Source of the DNA: Trichoplax adhaerens
Lineage: Eukaryota > Animalia > Placozoa
Assembly: GCF_000150275.1 (NCBI RefSeq)
Contig: NW_002060949.1
Location: 1,423,836 to 1,487,835, forward strand
Length of the DNA stretch: 64,000 bases
Direction of reading: 5' to 3'
The first letter of the stretch is position 1, and each line of letters starts with the position of its first letter. This document shows, piece by piece, positions 37,957 through 54,000 of the stretch. A program made the translations under genes and the position numbers. Below the pieces are notes generated by a model that saw nothing but the letters and a program-made list of their open reading frames with translations, made no database searches and was not told where the DNA came from.

Positions 37957-38940
37957 AGGTAAAATTTTAGTTTAGTAATAGAGTATTTATAACAACAAAA
38001 TTGTTCTTACTGTAGTAATATATACGTGCAAGATATAAAGTAAGTCACGAAAGTGTTTACGCCATGTCACAAGGATAGTTGCAGTTTATTATTTTAGTAC
38101 ATACGTACATGCAATCTATTTATTCAGTGTTACTACATATGTTAATTTCATCATTCATATTATCATTTAGCTGAAACTCTCTTGTCCATAGAAATTCGAA
38201 CTTTGACTTCAAGTAACAGTAGTAACGTAAGAAGTATCGAGTTAATAATATCTAAGTTTTTACCTATTCATACATGTACCTCCGTAAGAAAGGGTACATA
38301 GTACCTATAAACATATGATATGCTGTAATAATATACGCTCCAATATATATATATATATATATATATAAGCATACGCCGTACGTTTTATTCTTCTAAAATG
38401 GTGAAAATTTTTATGAAAACTACTATCATACGGGTATACTGCATCTAATAACCTTTAGAATGGTTATTTATTAAGTAAGAGTAAATCATATTTGTTGACA
38501 ATGTCTACGTTAATTTGCTGTATATGATTCTATTTACTTATGTTGAGCATTTTCCTTAGACTTCATTTCAGCGTATACTCGTACTTATATAAAAAATATC
38601 GAAGTTGGTAATAAAATAATTTTCTTTGAGACACTTACGATTAAAAAATTTCGAAATATTTTTGAAATGTACTCGTATTCTCGTAAATTAGGTGGCGAAA
38701 GATTATCTAAATTATGTCATGTATTGTATTTTCTCCTCTAATAACACCTATCTTCGAATGATACAACAACAAATAAATTGTATTATGAAAGTTTAATGGG
38801 AAGAAAGCTGTGATAAAATTGCTTGTATTGGAGTATGGATGACAAAGTTGATTAAAAGTGGATTCAGAAAAATTAGCTTATTACCTATATATTAGAGGAC
38901 TGCTGAAAGCAGGGAAATAACTTTGTATAGTAATATATTG

Positions 38941-39060
38941 TAGTACATCATACTCCTGTCTTTATTTCTTACTAATGAACTAAAAAGAGACGAATAGTAC
39001 ATCATGTAATATATCATAATCTTGTCTTTATTTTTTACTAATCAACTAAAAAGAGACGAA
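38941..39060. repeat. Imperfect ~55-65-bp tandem duplication
   Basis: tagtacatcat...tgtctttattt..tactaat.aactaaaaagagacgaa occurs twice. Confidence 0.85.
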
Positions 39061-40506
39061 TTAGAATAAGAGTTAAGCTAATAAAGTATAGGAATGTGCG
39101 TACAATGACATAATGACCAAACTCCGATAAGTAATCTAATACTTCTGTTCACAGTAGGTTCCTTTTGATCTGATTTCAAGGGTCCTCACATTACGTAGCG
39201 TCTTCTACGTCTAACGTTTAGAGGTTGCGGTTTTTATACTGTACCTTATTTTAAATTCATATTCTGTATTAGTGTTACTGGATCTTTCCAGTGTTGTAAC
39301 AAAAGAGGATCTAGAGATTTCAGAAAACTTACAGTTTCACTTGCGATTATTTATCATTACCGTAAGCTACAATTTATGCGTTGTGATTGTTTCTTTTATT
39401 ATATTTCTCTTATGTTAGAAATATGAGAGTAGTTGGTACATTCTAGAAATGTTGTAATAGAGAAAGATTAACAATTAAGTACAGTGATATCGTGTAGACA
39501 AAATGCATCCTGTTTGTAAATAAACTAAGTCCCGAAAAAGCTTAAAATTTTAAGTATTAACTGCATATAATCTATCCTTACATTTTACGCATGATACATA
39601 GCTGGTAGATAGTACATCTCAGTGTGGCCGAACTGTTAGATCATTGTTAACTACTGAAATTTTTATATCATTTTTTAGTAAGTCAAGTCTGTGATACAGC
39701 TGCGAAACTAAATCTTATAATACGTATACAAACTGATGATTAAACTACTGTATGTCTGCCCTAAAATTGCATACAACTTTATACTCGTACAGCACATAGA
39801 ATTACAACATATCGTCCCCTTAACTATAGTTGCACCGAAATTAATACAGATTGCATAATAATTGGGTAAATGTTTACTGCAACATACTACATGCGTTTAC
39901 GGTTGTTCTGTTTGAATTCTGCGATTTAGTACGATTGGTGATTTATGTATAAATATTTTAATTTATTTAAGATTTGTGCAATTATAGAACAGAAAGTTCT
40001 AAGTATAGAACATGCAAGTACATTGGAGATAAATACCAATGACATCACGAATAATCCATTACTTTGCGATAGAGTAAATATTAAGGAACAGCGATTTACC
40101 ATATTATACGTATACTAATTAGGTATTACGGTATCAGATCTGCAAATGGTGTAACGATTCTATAATAAATCACTTTTATATTACTTTTAATACTACTACA
40201 GAATATAAATATTTTGTAACATTAAATTACTAATATAGATTCGACATACAGTAAGCAAAGCAACAATATGATTCGAAGTAGTTCTATACTTCAAGATAGC
40301 GCAATTATTGCACCAGGTATAGTGTTAATTGATGATAGTAGTTTCGTGTTTCAAGTAACTGTTATCGCTGTACAACAGTCATTGCAACAGGATTACTAAT
40401 ATTACCGTAAATTACAGTTGTCTAGTTTAGTAAAGTATTGGGTAAAGATAAGCAGTAACGCGACAATTTTATGATCGCTTATCATAATCTTTATAGTCGC
40501 AATAAG

Positions 40507-43752
<3,246 letters not shown>

Positions 43753-43962
43753 TTGTATGCGTGAGCGTGAGTTGTTGTTGTTGTTGTTGTTATGGGAACG
43801 TGAATGAAAGTAAGAATATGGACTGTGGTGGAGATCTTGAGAATAAGGTAAGAAAGAAATGAGAGTAAAGGATTAAAACTGGTCAGGGTTTTGGAGAACT
43901 TGTATGGCAAGTTTTTGGGAAAATGAAGAATTGATTGAAGGATTCATCGTCTTGGCGGGATA

Positions 43963-44007
43963 TTATATAGAGTTTGGATGATTCACTAGAAATTTCCAGT
44001 TGCTTCC
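43963..44007 (-). promoter_or_regulatory. HSP70-2 TATA box and heat-shock element
   Basis: Identical to the copy-1 promoter segment (ttatata...agaaatttccagttgcttcc on the + strand). Confidence 0.7.
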
Positions 44008-45139
44008 ATAAGTACTTGCGCTGCGCAGCTAACGCATCAACGCTTGAGCGTGACGAAATCCAGTGAAGACATTACAGTACTTTATATCCGACTTGGGAAT
44101 GACAGTACTGTACACTGTACAGTACTGTAAACAGAGGGTCTCTAGTGCAGTACAGTACAGGGTCTGTACAATACAATACAGTGCACAGTACATACAGTAC
44201 AGTACCGTACAGTGTACAGTACTGTACACAAAGCTTCGAGCACAAACGGGAAAGTGCTAGAACTTGTCTTGCAACTTGCAACAGTAGCAGCAAGAGTGAT
44301 CAGTGACCGACCACTGCTAGCTCTTTGCAGAAAGAGACGCAGTATTGTACAATGGACAGTTGGAGGCCAGTACTACTGTACCACTATACTGTACTGTATA
44401 CTGCAGCCTTCACCATAGAGGTCAAAATTGAATTTTTACCTGTATGCACTGCACCTAGTGGCAAAGGGGTACAGGGCACAGTATGAGAATAGACGCTCTA
44501 TCTGCCACTCACCGTAAACTGACTACTTTCATTTGATTGGATTTCAGCCGTTGTCACATGACATCAATCTGAGTTGGCAGTGACATCTGACTCCGATCGA
44601 AAACGACGTGGCGTCAACAAGTTTATCCGTATCGGTTGTCGCCATAGCGCCAAGAAACGTTTGCTGATTGGCCTGATCGCCACCATTTTCCCTCGTAGTC
44701 TTTTGTTTGAGTTCCATCGACATCGACGCGTCTGGGAACACCTCAACCGGTTGTGGGCGGTAAGATAATACATGCTAGAAAAATGCGCATCAAATGCCTA
44801 CTTACTTTTAATAACACTAGCATACATATACAATTATTATGAATAAGTGCTCGTGCACAAGCACCATCCTGACTCAATCGCCAGCACAATAATGTATATC
44901 GTAGTCTCGTCGGGTCGGAAGGGTGATAGCGCGTGTCACTTGCTATGGCACCACAGCTCGTCGTGTCTACTCACCCTGACGCCACCGTCTCCAATTGGAC
45001 ATTCCCCAAATACCTAAAAGACGCATGACACCAGATAAAGTTCGACACAACTCGATTGATACATGGTTGCAGTGACGCCAGTCAAAGGTCAATCCAAGCC
45101 AGGTATTACTCCTAACTCGCAGTGACGAGACAAAATCAA

Positions 45140-45665
45140 AATTTTCACTAAGAATTTTCCTTGGATCGCATTCTAAAGCCAAAGCGGAATTTTCACTAAG
45201 CATTTCCTTGGATCGCATTTTGGGCTTGTTCAATTCCTTTTCATATTGATTTACTGTTTGCTGCGATCTAAGGTCAAAGTGGAATTTGCGCCAAGCATTT
45301 CCTTGGATCGCATTTTGTGCTTGTTCAATTCCTTGTCATATTGATTTACTGTTTGCTGCGATCTAAGGACAAAGTCAGAATTTGCGCTAAGCATTTCCTT
45401 GGATCGCATTTTTGTGCTTGTTCAATTCCTTGTCATATTGATTTACTGTTTGCTGCGATCTAAAGACAAAGCAGAATTTTCACTAAGCATTTCCTTAGAT
45501 CGCATTTTTGTGCTTGTTCAATTCCTTGTCATATTGATTTACTGTTTGCTGCGATCTAAAGTCAAAATCGGAATTTGCGCTAAGCATTTCCTTAGATCGC
45601 ACTTTTGTGTTTGTTCAATTCCTTGTCATATTGATTTACTGTTTGCTGCGATCTAAAGTCAAAGT
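45140..45665. repeat. 95-97-bp tandem repeat, 5 copies plus a partial, each with an internal 12-bp inverted repeat
   Basis: Unit starts (aagcatttccttRgatcgc) at ~45197, 45292, 45388, 45484 and 45581; arms ccttRgatcgca and tgcgatctaaRg. Confidence 0.95.
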
Positions 45666-45816
45666 GGAAAGTGGTGTAATCCTACGCGAAAAGATTCAAC
45701 TCGTCCAACTGGATGCTGCAAAATTTGTTTTTCACTTTTAGTCAGGTGTTACCGCATTTTAGCATCCAATTACTTGCAGGCCTGATTGTAATTTACTTGC
45801 TGTCTCCATTTCTAGG

Positions 45817-46010
45817 TAGGCTTCTTCTAGTGAACTTTCATAATCAATCCCCTAATTAGAGTTAATCCTAGATAGTATTGATGTCTAAGGTTGCCCACCA
45901 TTGATGTTTGTTATGCCATTTCAATAGCTTCTTCTAGTGAATTTTCATAATCAATCACCTAATTAGAGTTAATCCTAGATAGTATTGATGTTTGTTATGC
46001 CATTTTAATA
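45817..46010. repeat. ~107-bp tandem duplication
   Basis: gcttcttctagtgaa..ttcataatcaatc.cctaattagagttaatcctagatagtattgatgt occurs twice. Confidence 0.9.
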
Positions 46011-46269
46011 GCCTATTTGTACTACAGCAAGCTAAGTAATCATGCAATCAATCACTACAGAGGTTGTCATGTTGAGAAATCATAGCCAAGCTTATTCACA
46101 ACTGTAGTAATATTGGTAATTTGGGGATTCCACTCTACTATTCGACTTCTTGTCGAAGAAGTTGGTTACAATAGGATAACGACAAAATGATACACCAAAG
46201 TCAAGCGCTATCATCTAACATCTTGTTTTTTTCCGTCATTTGTTGATAGGATCAAAGAAAAGTGAAAAA

Positions 46270-49200
46270 ATGAAACATTTTGATATTGGTGCTACATACG
46301 AATTCAATATTCACCATATTCAGTCACCTTCTGGTGAAATTTGGGGACATCTGCAAACAAGTGTACAAGATGTTCGTGAATTATCCCATGTACTCGATTT
46401 TTTCTATAGTAAATGTGGTGATAAAATTCCCCCCTTAACTCAGGCTAAAGTTGGTCAACTGTGTTGCGCTAGAACCAAACGCTTCGATGATGATGGCTGG
46501 GCACGTGGTAAAATTATCCAACTCGATGAAAGTAAGGATAATTTGCGCCTTTTCTTTCAAGATTACGGTCACACCCAATGGATACCACTACCCAAGGTCA
46601 AAATGTTAAAAAATACTTTCAACAATTTACCATCCTTTACTGTTCAAATTAAACCAAGTGATATTACTAAAAGTGATTATGCACATGACGAAGAATTAAG
46701 TGCGCAATTTTGCCAACAATTAGAAAAATTAATTTTACATCAAAAAATTAAATGTATCGTTGAAAAGATTGAAGAAACTGATTTACACAAGATATTAGTT
46801 GCTCGTATCTACTTAGCAGATGGAAGAAATGAATCTATAGGCTCAATATTGTCTCAGCAGTTACGTCGTATGAGGTCCACTTTCCAGCATATTTTACCCG
46901 ATTGTAAAGAAGGACAAGATATTGATATCTCTATCTTACACGTTCACAATCCGGGACAATTCTATTGTAGAATAGCCAGCCAACAGTCACAAGATAATAT
47001 CAAAATGGATGAATTGGAACGCTGTCTACGACTCTATTATGGTCTTTCTATTTCAACCGATCAAGACTACCCGCTCCAAGTTGGAGCTGCTTGCGCTGCA
47101 CCTTTTACTGATCGAAAATGGCATCGAGGCATAATCAAGCAAATTGTATGCGATGATGGTGATAAAGAAGCATTAGTACAGAGTGTAGATACAGGTGCTT
47201 GCGAATTGATTGACAATGGCAAAATTAAAGGATTAGAACCCGAACTTCAAGATATACCGGTCAATATCTTTCAATGCCAGCTACACGGTATTAAGCCCAA
47301 CGATAGCAAATCTACCTGGTCTGTCGATTCCACGCTTTTTTTACAACAGTTAGCTCAAGAACAGAGAATTTGTGGTCTCGTACGTAGGATATTACATGAC
47401 AACTCTTCTATAGGAAAGCAACTCTACAGTGTTGAATTGCATCGGCCTGGCGAAAACTTAACTGTAAACGAACAAATGATCATGGATGGTTTTGCCGCTT
47501 CTAGCTTATCTCGACAAAGTACCCGTAGCATTACATCTCCAGATGAATCTAAGAATTGTAACGATATCGATAATAGTCAACTAGACGAAAGCAATAATTG
47601 CAAGAGTGTTTGTCAATCGAATGCTAGTAAAGTTTCTTTTGGTGATGAAATGTTTGATGTTGATCATAACGAAGAAAGAAATGCGAAGACTTTGGTAAAT
47701 AGCCCCAAGTCTAACAGTAAAGTAAATATTGTAGGCAGTTTTAAGCACAATGAGCAAGATCGAAATGACTGCAAAAAACCTATTACCTACACTAATGGTG
47801 AAAATTTACAAGCTAAAAAATACCAAAACAAAAAATGGGAAGCAGTTGCCAAGGAAGAAGATTTGATCAAGCTTGTCTACGATCGATCTCGTTTAGTAAC
47901 TTCTGTTGATAATCCTGACGTTATCGTAGCATTTATCAAGGATCCTAGTGAATTTTGGTGTCAGTTTGCTTCTAATATTTCCATAATCAATGATATCCAA
48001 GCACGTATGAACGAGTATTCCCAACAAAAAAGACTTCGAATACCGAAGGATATCAAATCAGGTGAATGCTACTGCACGCGCTTTGACAAAGATGATGTTT
48101 GGTATCGAGGAAAAGTTATTGGCAAATTTGGAGACAAAGCTAGTGTTTACTTTATTGACTACGGCAACACAGATTGGGTGCAATTGAAAGATATCATGGT
48201 ATTGGAAAATGATTTTCGTCAGCATCCGTGGCAAGCGTTTACTTGCAAATTAGATGGAGTCTGTCCAATTCTTGGTAGCAGTTGGGGTTCGAAAGCGACA
48301 GATCAATTCACGGAAATGGTAACAAGTAAAACATTCTGTATGACCATTAAGACTGAGATTGATGACAAATTATCAATTATACTTGTTGATAACGAGTCGA
48401 AACAAATTAATAATCGTCTAGTTGAAATTGGTGTGGCTAATAAAGAAACTTACAATCTGCTGAAGAAACAGTTATCTTCCACTTACAGTAAAAATTGGAG
48501 GAGAACTGACAATGACTACAAGACATCAATGCCAACTATGAAATTTCAACCGTCTATTTCAGCAAGTCATGAAAAATTGACTACTACTGATGTGACTGAG
48601 CACACTAAGCATAAACAACCTTCGGAATTTAACCATGTCCAGGTATGCTAGCAATATTATCGTTAATATAACTGCTTGGATATCGATGGATCGTACATGC
48701 ACGATCATAGAGCATGAATGCATCATGTATAAAGTTTCCCTTATTTATAAAACTCTAGTAATGCGTAGTTTATTTATATATCATCTTACAGAAGGTAGAG
48801 GAAAGATTAAGTTTGATCGTGGGAAAGAAGACTAGCGTTTGTGTTATGCATGTTGAATCTCCTAACTGTTTCTATGCAGTTATACCAAAAATTGACAGCT
48901 TTATTGATATGGAAAAGAAATTGCAAGATTTTTGCGCTAACGCAAGTAAGATGTCCACTCGATTTGTGATTGCTATTTTGGCAGTAAAAGTCAAGTAATT
49001 TTAATGTTGATCTTACAATAGGAAGTCCTGTTTCACCAGACGAATTTTGCCTTGGTAAAATGTACGTTGCCTTTAGTACCAAGTTTAATAAATGGTGCAG
49101 ATGCATTCTAACTGACAAAAATGAAAGAGGCGTGATAACTTGCGACGTTTTCTATATTGATTATGGTACGGCCGAAAAATCTATCCAAGGCACGAGTTTG

Positions 49201-50091
49201 AAAATTTTACCTCCTAAATTTCACGAAACTAAAGATCAGGCATTAAAATGCTATTTGACGCCAGCATCGGCTGGAGAGGATCTTCGAAGTAATTGGCACC
49301 CAATGGCATCTTTACAGTTAGAAAATTTGTGCCATGACAAATGGCTCGATGGTACTATTACTCGCGTAGATCAGGATGGTAAACTTTTTGGGCTTTCTAT
49401 TACCATTGCTAATAAAGATAGTCCAACAAAAGATCGAAATGTCTATGACATGCTAAGCAAATTTATTAGATCTGATTCTTCTAAGAGTCTCAATATAAGC
49501 GCAACTTCAAAGTCTGGGTTAAATAGGTATGTTCACTTTAAAACGTCTTTATAATTTCCAATATAACCAGAGTAACTAGCTAGCTAGCTAGCTTTCAATG
49601 CTCTTTATACTTAAGTAGTACATTTTTTTAACATAAATCGTATCCTAAAGTGAAACTAACAATAGCTATACAAGTTCAAAGCTCGGGCAAACATCTGCAA
49701 TGAGTAGTAAGAAAGGTAATTCCTCTCGTACGAGTTATAACTTTAGATATATGCCTTATCACTTTGTGAGGAATTTAAAGTAACTTCGGTTAGATGCCCA
49801 ACATTGACGTTACTGATTTATTTAGGATCTTCAAGATGTGAAAGTGAAGTTGACACGTTAATTTTTGGTGAAGGCTCCGCATCTAACTCTCGCGAATTGT
49901 CAATACCTTTACAGCCCGAAATTATAAGGATTTCTGGAAGGAAAGGTGAACGTGTTCTTATTCCATCAAAGGTCGATTCTACTAGCACTCCAATAACGTC
50001 AAACGGGCATAGGAGCCATATAGGCATGAACAATATTAAAAACGGTCTGTCGACGCAAGATCGATTTAGCCGCTTAGCTTCAGCTGTATAA
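46270..50091 (+). CDS. Multi-Tudor-domain protein with four extended Tudor domains (TDRD1/6/15-like)
   Basis: Exons 46250-48642, 48792-48945, 49022-49526, ~49666-49714, 49826-50091. Four repeats of xP(S/G/N)xF/W...GxxCxA..W.R...(F/Y)xDYG...LP..F. Confidence 0.88.
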
Positions 50092-51063
50092 AAATGAGAA
50101 TCTGTTCGATTTTTACTAAAATGCTTTAAATCTATAACTAGAAAGCGATCTCATCTTATTCCAATTCATCCCTATAATTCGCTTAATTAAGGCTTTAGTA
50201 AATACTTCATTTACGACTCGTTCATTGTGCTAGTGCCAGCGAGATCGATTAATGCCATGCGTTTGCATTGCTTCGATGTTAGCTTGTAATTTATAGATGC
50301 TCTTTTAGACCTGTTCATTTAAATAGTTTTGTTGTATTTTCATGTTATAATACTATATTTAAATAATTTAAAATAGAGTTGGATACAATTACGTTTTGCT
50401 TATAATACAAAGATTTTGTTAGTAGTAGCAGTAAATCTCTAAACGTGGTGAAATTAGTGTTGGCGCACTGGGTTATCTATTGATCTTGCATAGAATTCGC
50501 TGTAACGTCTGCTATCAGGAACTATTAAAAGGTACCTTCTCTGTTCCCTTTTAAAAAGCTCTTTGGCTATGCATATTTTCACATTATTCATACTGTGCGA
50601 TGTTTACTGCCCGACTAATGGCTAAATAACTGTTCTTATGTAGGTCTGTTTTCATTCATTATTATTGTCTTGCTAGTTTTAGCCTTTTTTTTTACGAGTA
50701 CTACAAGTTATCAAACCATTTGATCAATTTACTGGTAGTACGAACGGTATACACTCGTATGTACGTACATTGTACTATTAATAATAGCATGCAAAAGCTA
50801 CTAAAGCTGTTCTTTAGCTAAAAAGTTTAATTTCAAGGTACGGATACCCGTTAACTGTTATATCGGCATCACTAGAAGTCATACAGAAGCAGTAAAGAGA
50901 ATTTCTTTCGACACCGTCATTTTTTATATTTTATTTGATGTTCGCAGTACGCAAAGTCGATTCTTAGTTATGTAAATGATAAATTAAGTTGCACAGGTCA
51001 CGATCGATATTGAATTTGATACGCGCTACATTCAGGAGTCTTGATTAGATCATTCGCGTTCAT

Positions 51064-54000
51064 TTATTTAAACTGCATTATGGTAAAAATGTAGAGGTGT
51101 AAATGTTAGGGTTATAAATACCTAGGTTATTTGATAGACTGACTAGAATGAAATCATAATTTAAACCGTAAAATGTACTAAGCTGTAGTAGGATGTTATG
51201 GAACAAAAGCGAGAATACTTCTAATATTAACATTTCATTTACCTTAATAATGATGCCAGCAGCTACGGTATTACTTCCCGATCGTAGAGTTATCCTCCCT
51301 AAGGCTTTATTGTCTTTATATAAATCCGCGCAGATAGGTCGAGCAGTGGTTATTTCAAAAATTGCACTTGTATGCTTCGTGATACATCTATATAGAACAA
51401 AAATTTCAGTTGAGATAAAGTGATATAGTTCCAGATCGACCTGAGAGGTTTACAAGTATCACTGATGTAGATAATACTATATAAACTTCATTTACCATAC
51501 CTGGGTTTCTTTTTAATGACTTCTCCAGTACTTTTATCTATTATGCTAACTAATTTAGTTACGGAAGCTGTCTCAGTAATTGTATGACAATAAAGTAACC
51601 CCTATAGAAAATTGATATAAAGTACTGTTAAAGAATTAAAAACTAAGTGAATAAATGAAAGTTAAGGATTTTTAATCCCAAAAAGAGAACTGACGGTAAA
51701 TCCAATTGTTATAGGAGTTGGAGGATCAATAACTATCGCTCGAACCAATATCTTTCTCGTGACGCTAGCCAGAGATCCGTGAACGCACACCACTGATCCA
51801 CGGCTGTAAAATATATTCAATTTATAAATTAAATATCCTGCCGAATGTAATTTAGATATACGGGCCCATAGAATTCCTACTATACAGTTTATTTTAATAT
51901 ACTATCGATTCAATGACGCTATTTTACCTAACATTATTAATATCGATACCAATGACCGTTAAGTTACTTTGGTCACCCACACAAGTCCAATTTGTAGCTT
52001 CGTCATGGAGACTAATTGCTACACAAGTAAGAAACTCGTTAATACTGTAATCGGTAGATTTAATTTATTTCTTTGCTTACATTTTACGTATCCTGCTTTG
52101 TTACTTGGTAATACGACTATCTGTTCTCCAATAGCAACTGCACCGGACTCAGCTTTACCGCCGATAACAATACCTTGTCCAATTCCTAATAAATTCATTA
52201 AATATTAGAAATAAATAAAGCATACGAAGTTTTTAAATTTACATTTAAATAATTTGTAAACCTTTATAGACGTCCGACACACAAAGACGAAAAGGTGCAT
52301 CAAGTGATCGCTGAGGAATTTTAAAGTTATCTATTAAGATAGCGAACATGTCTTTCAATACAATTATTATTATTACAACTGCAAATAATAATAACCAGTT
52401 ACGTTACTGTAATTACAATTTAAGCGTTCAGATAGTAAAAAGATTTATACTAACCAATGCAATCTAACAAACTAGGCCCTTTATACCATGTTGTTAAAGC
52501 TTGTGTATCAGACGGCTTAACTAAATTTTCCCCAGTTAATCCACTGCATGGAACGTATCGAACATCTGATTCCTATATGAATTTATTCATTATTAATTCC
52601 ATGATATTCAACATTGTATTAAAGCCAGAGTTAACTCTTATCAAGGGTAAAAAGGCAGCAGAATAGCCTAACCCATTATAAGGATACGTTAATACAAATA
52701 CAGTCTATAAAATTTAAACGGTAGTCTGAGTCACTGATTCTAGTATAACCAACCTTATATCCTGATTGTTTTAAAAACGGTTTTAATTTTCTAATTATAG
52801 TATCATATCTAGATTGAGACCAGTTGACCTAAATAAATTATAATACAGCATAAATTTAGCGTAGCAAAATAAGATTTCTCCTATTTAACTATTTATTGGT
52901 ATAGAACTGCAGCAATATGTACTAACCGTATCTAATTTGTTTACAGCAACTAGTAGTTGCGCTACGCCAAGTGATCGAATTAGCATCGCATGTTCACGAG
53001 TTTGTCCACCAGCTTCAAAGCCAGCTTCAAATTCGCCTACAGAGGCATTTACCACAATAATCGCGACATCAGCCTATAAAAAAATTATTAATCCATCAAG
53101 TCTATCAGAATACCCTTATAAATATTATATATTATCTTTTCTAATTATTCCTGCTTGGTTTTTTCGGATTACCTGAGTAGCACCAGTTATAACATTTGGT
53201 ACGAAATCTTTGTGTCCAGGCGCATCCGATAAAGCTACTTCCTTAGTTTTGGTTTCAAATTTTGAATGACCAATGTCTATAGTTATTCCTCTATTAAATA
53301 ATAGGCATCACTTACAATTTATTCTCTGTAAATCATTTTGCTATATAATTTAACTAAGCACCGCTTTCTCTCCTCTCCAGTTTCGTCCAATACCCATGCA
53401 TACGCGAACGAGGATTTACCTATTTTTCTCGACTCAGTCTCATACTTACGGTTTTGTTAAAGAAATTCTGATTTTTATGTAATAAAGCATTCTCTTAAAA
53501 TTTGATAATGTTGCATTGTTTAAATCTACACACTAAAATCTTACAACAGTTTCAAAGTATTTCGATTTGTAAATTAAATTTAATTATTGAACAGTTTTGC
53601 TATTGGGGATATTTATGCATCGTTTTCTTATCGACTTGACCAAGTAGAAGTAAGAGATGTCCCATAAGAGTACTCTTACCAGCATCTACGTGGCCTAAAA
53701 AATGAAAGCAAATATCATACATAGTGAATTAAAGACAATACATTGATCAAAATTAAATTCGCGATTGGACTATCTTTGGCTTACCAACAACAATAAGGTT
53801 AATAACTTCTTTTCCGGATTGCCTTTTTTTCCATTCGTCTTGAAGATTTATGGCCTATTTTAGGAAGTGACCAATAGTTTATAAATATGAAGACATCAGT
53901 GCATTCATAAAGTACCAACCTGTAACTGTTTCGATAAACTACGAGGCAACTTGGCAACAGGGGTAGCAGTACTCTCCGACTCCTTTGGTGGCGGAGAAGG

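Noticed and set aside
44447-44462. CTCF-like motif (ctgcacctagtggc)
   Set aside because: It mismatches the core consensus, occurs once, and CTCF is considered bilaterian-restricted.
45140-45665. CRISPR-like array, and ORF 45399-45656
   Set aside because: Units are near-identical along their whole length with no unique spacers, there are no cas genes, and the context is eukaryotic. The ORF merely reads the repeat.
51193-53176. Plus-strand ORFs over HBS1L, and similar antisense ORFs over ASXL, HSP70, XKR and Tudor
   Set aside because: They are antisense shadows of real coding exons.
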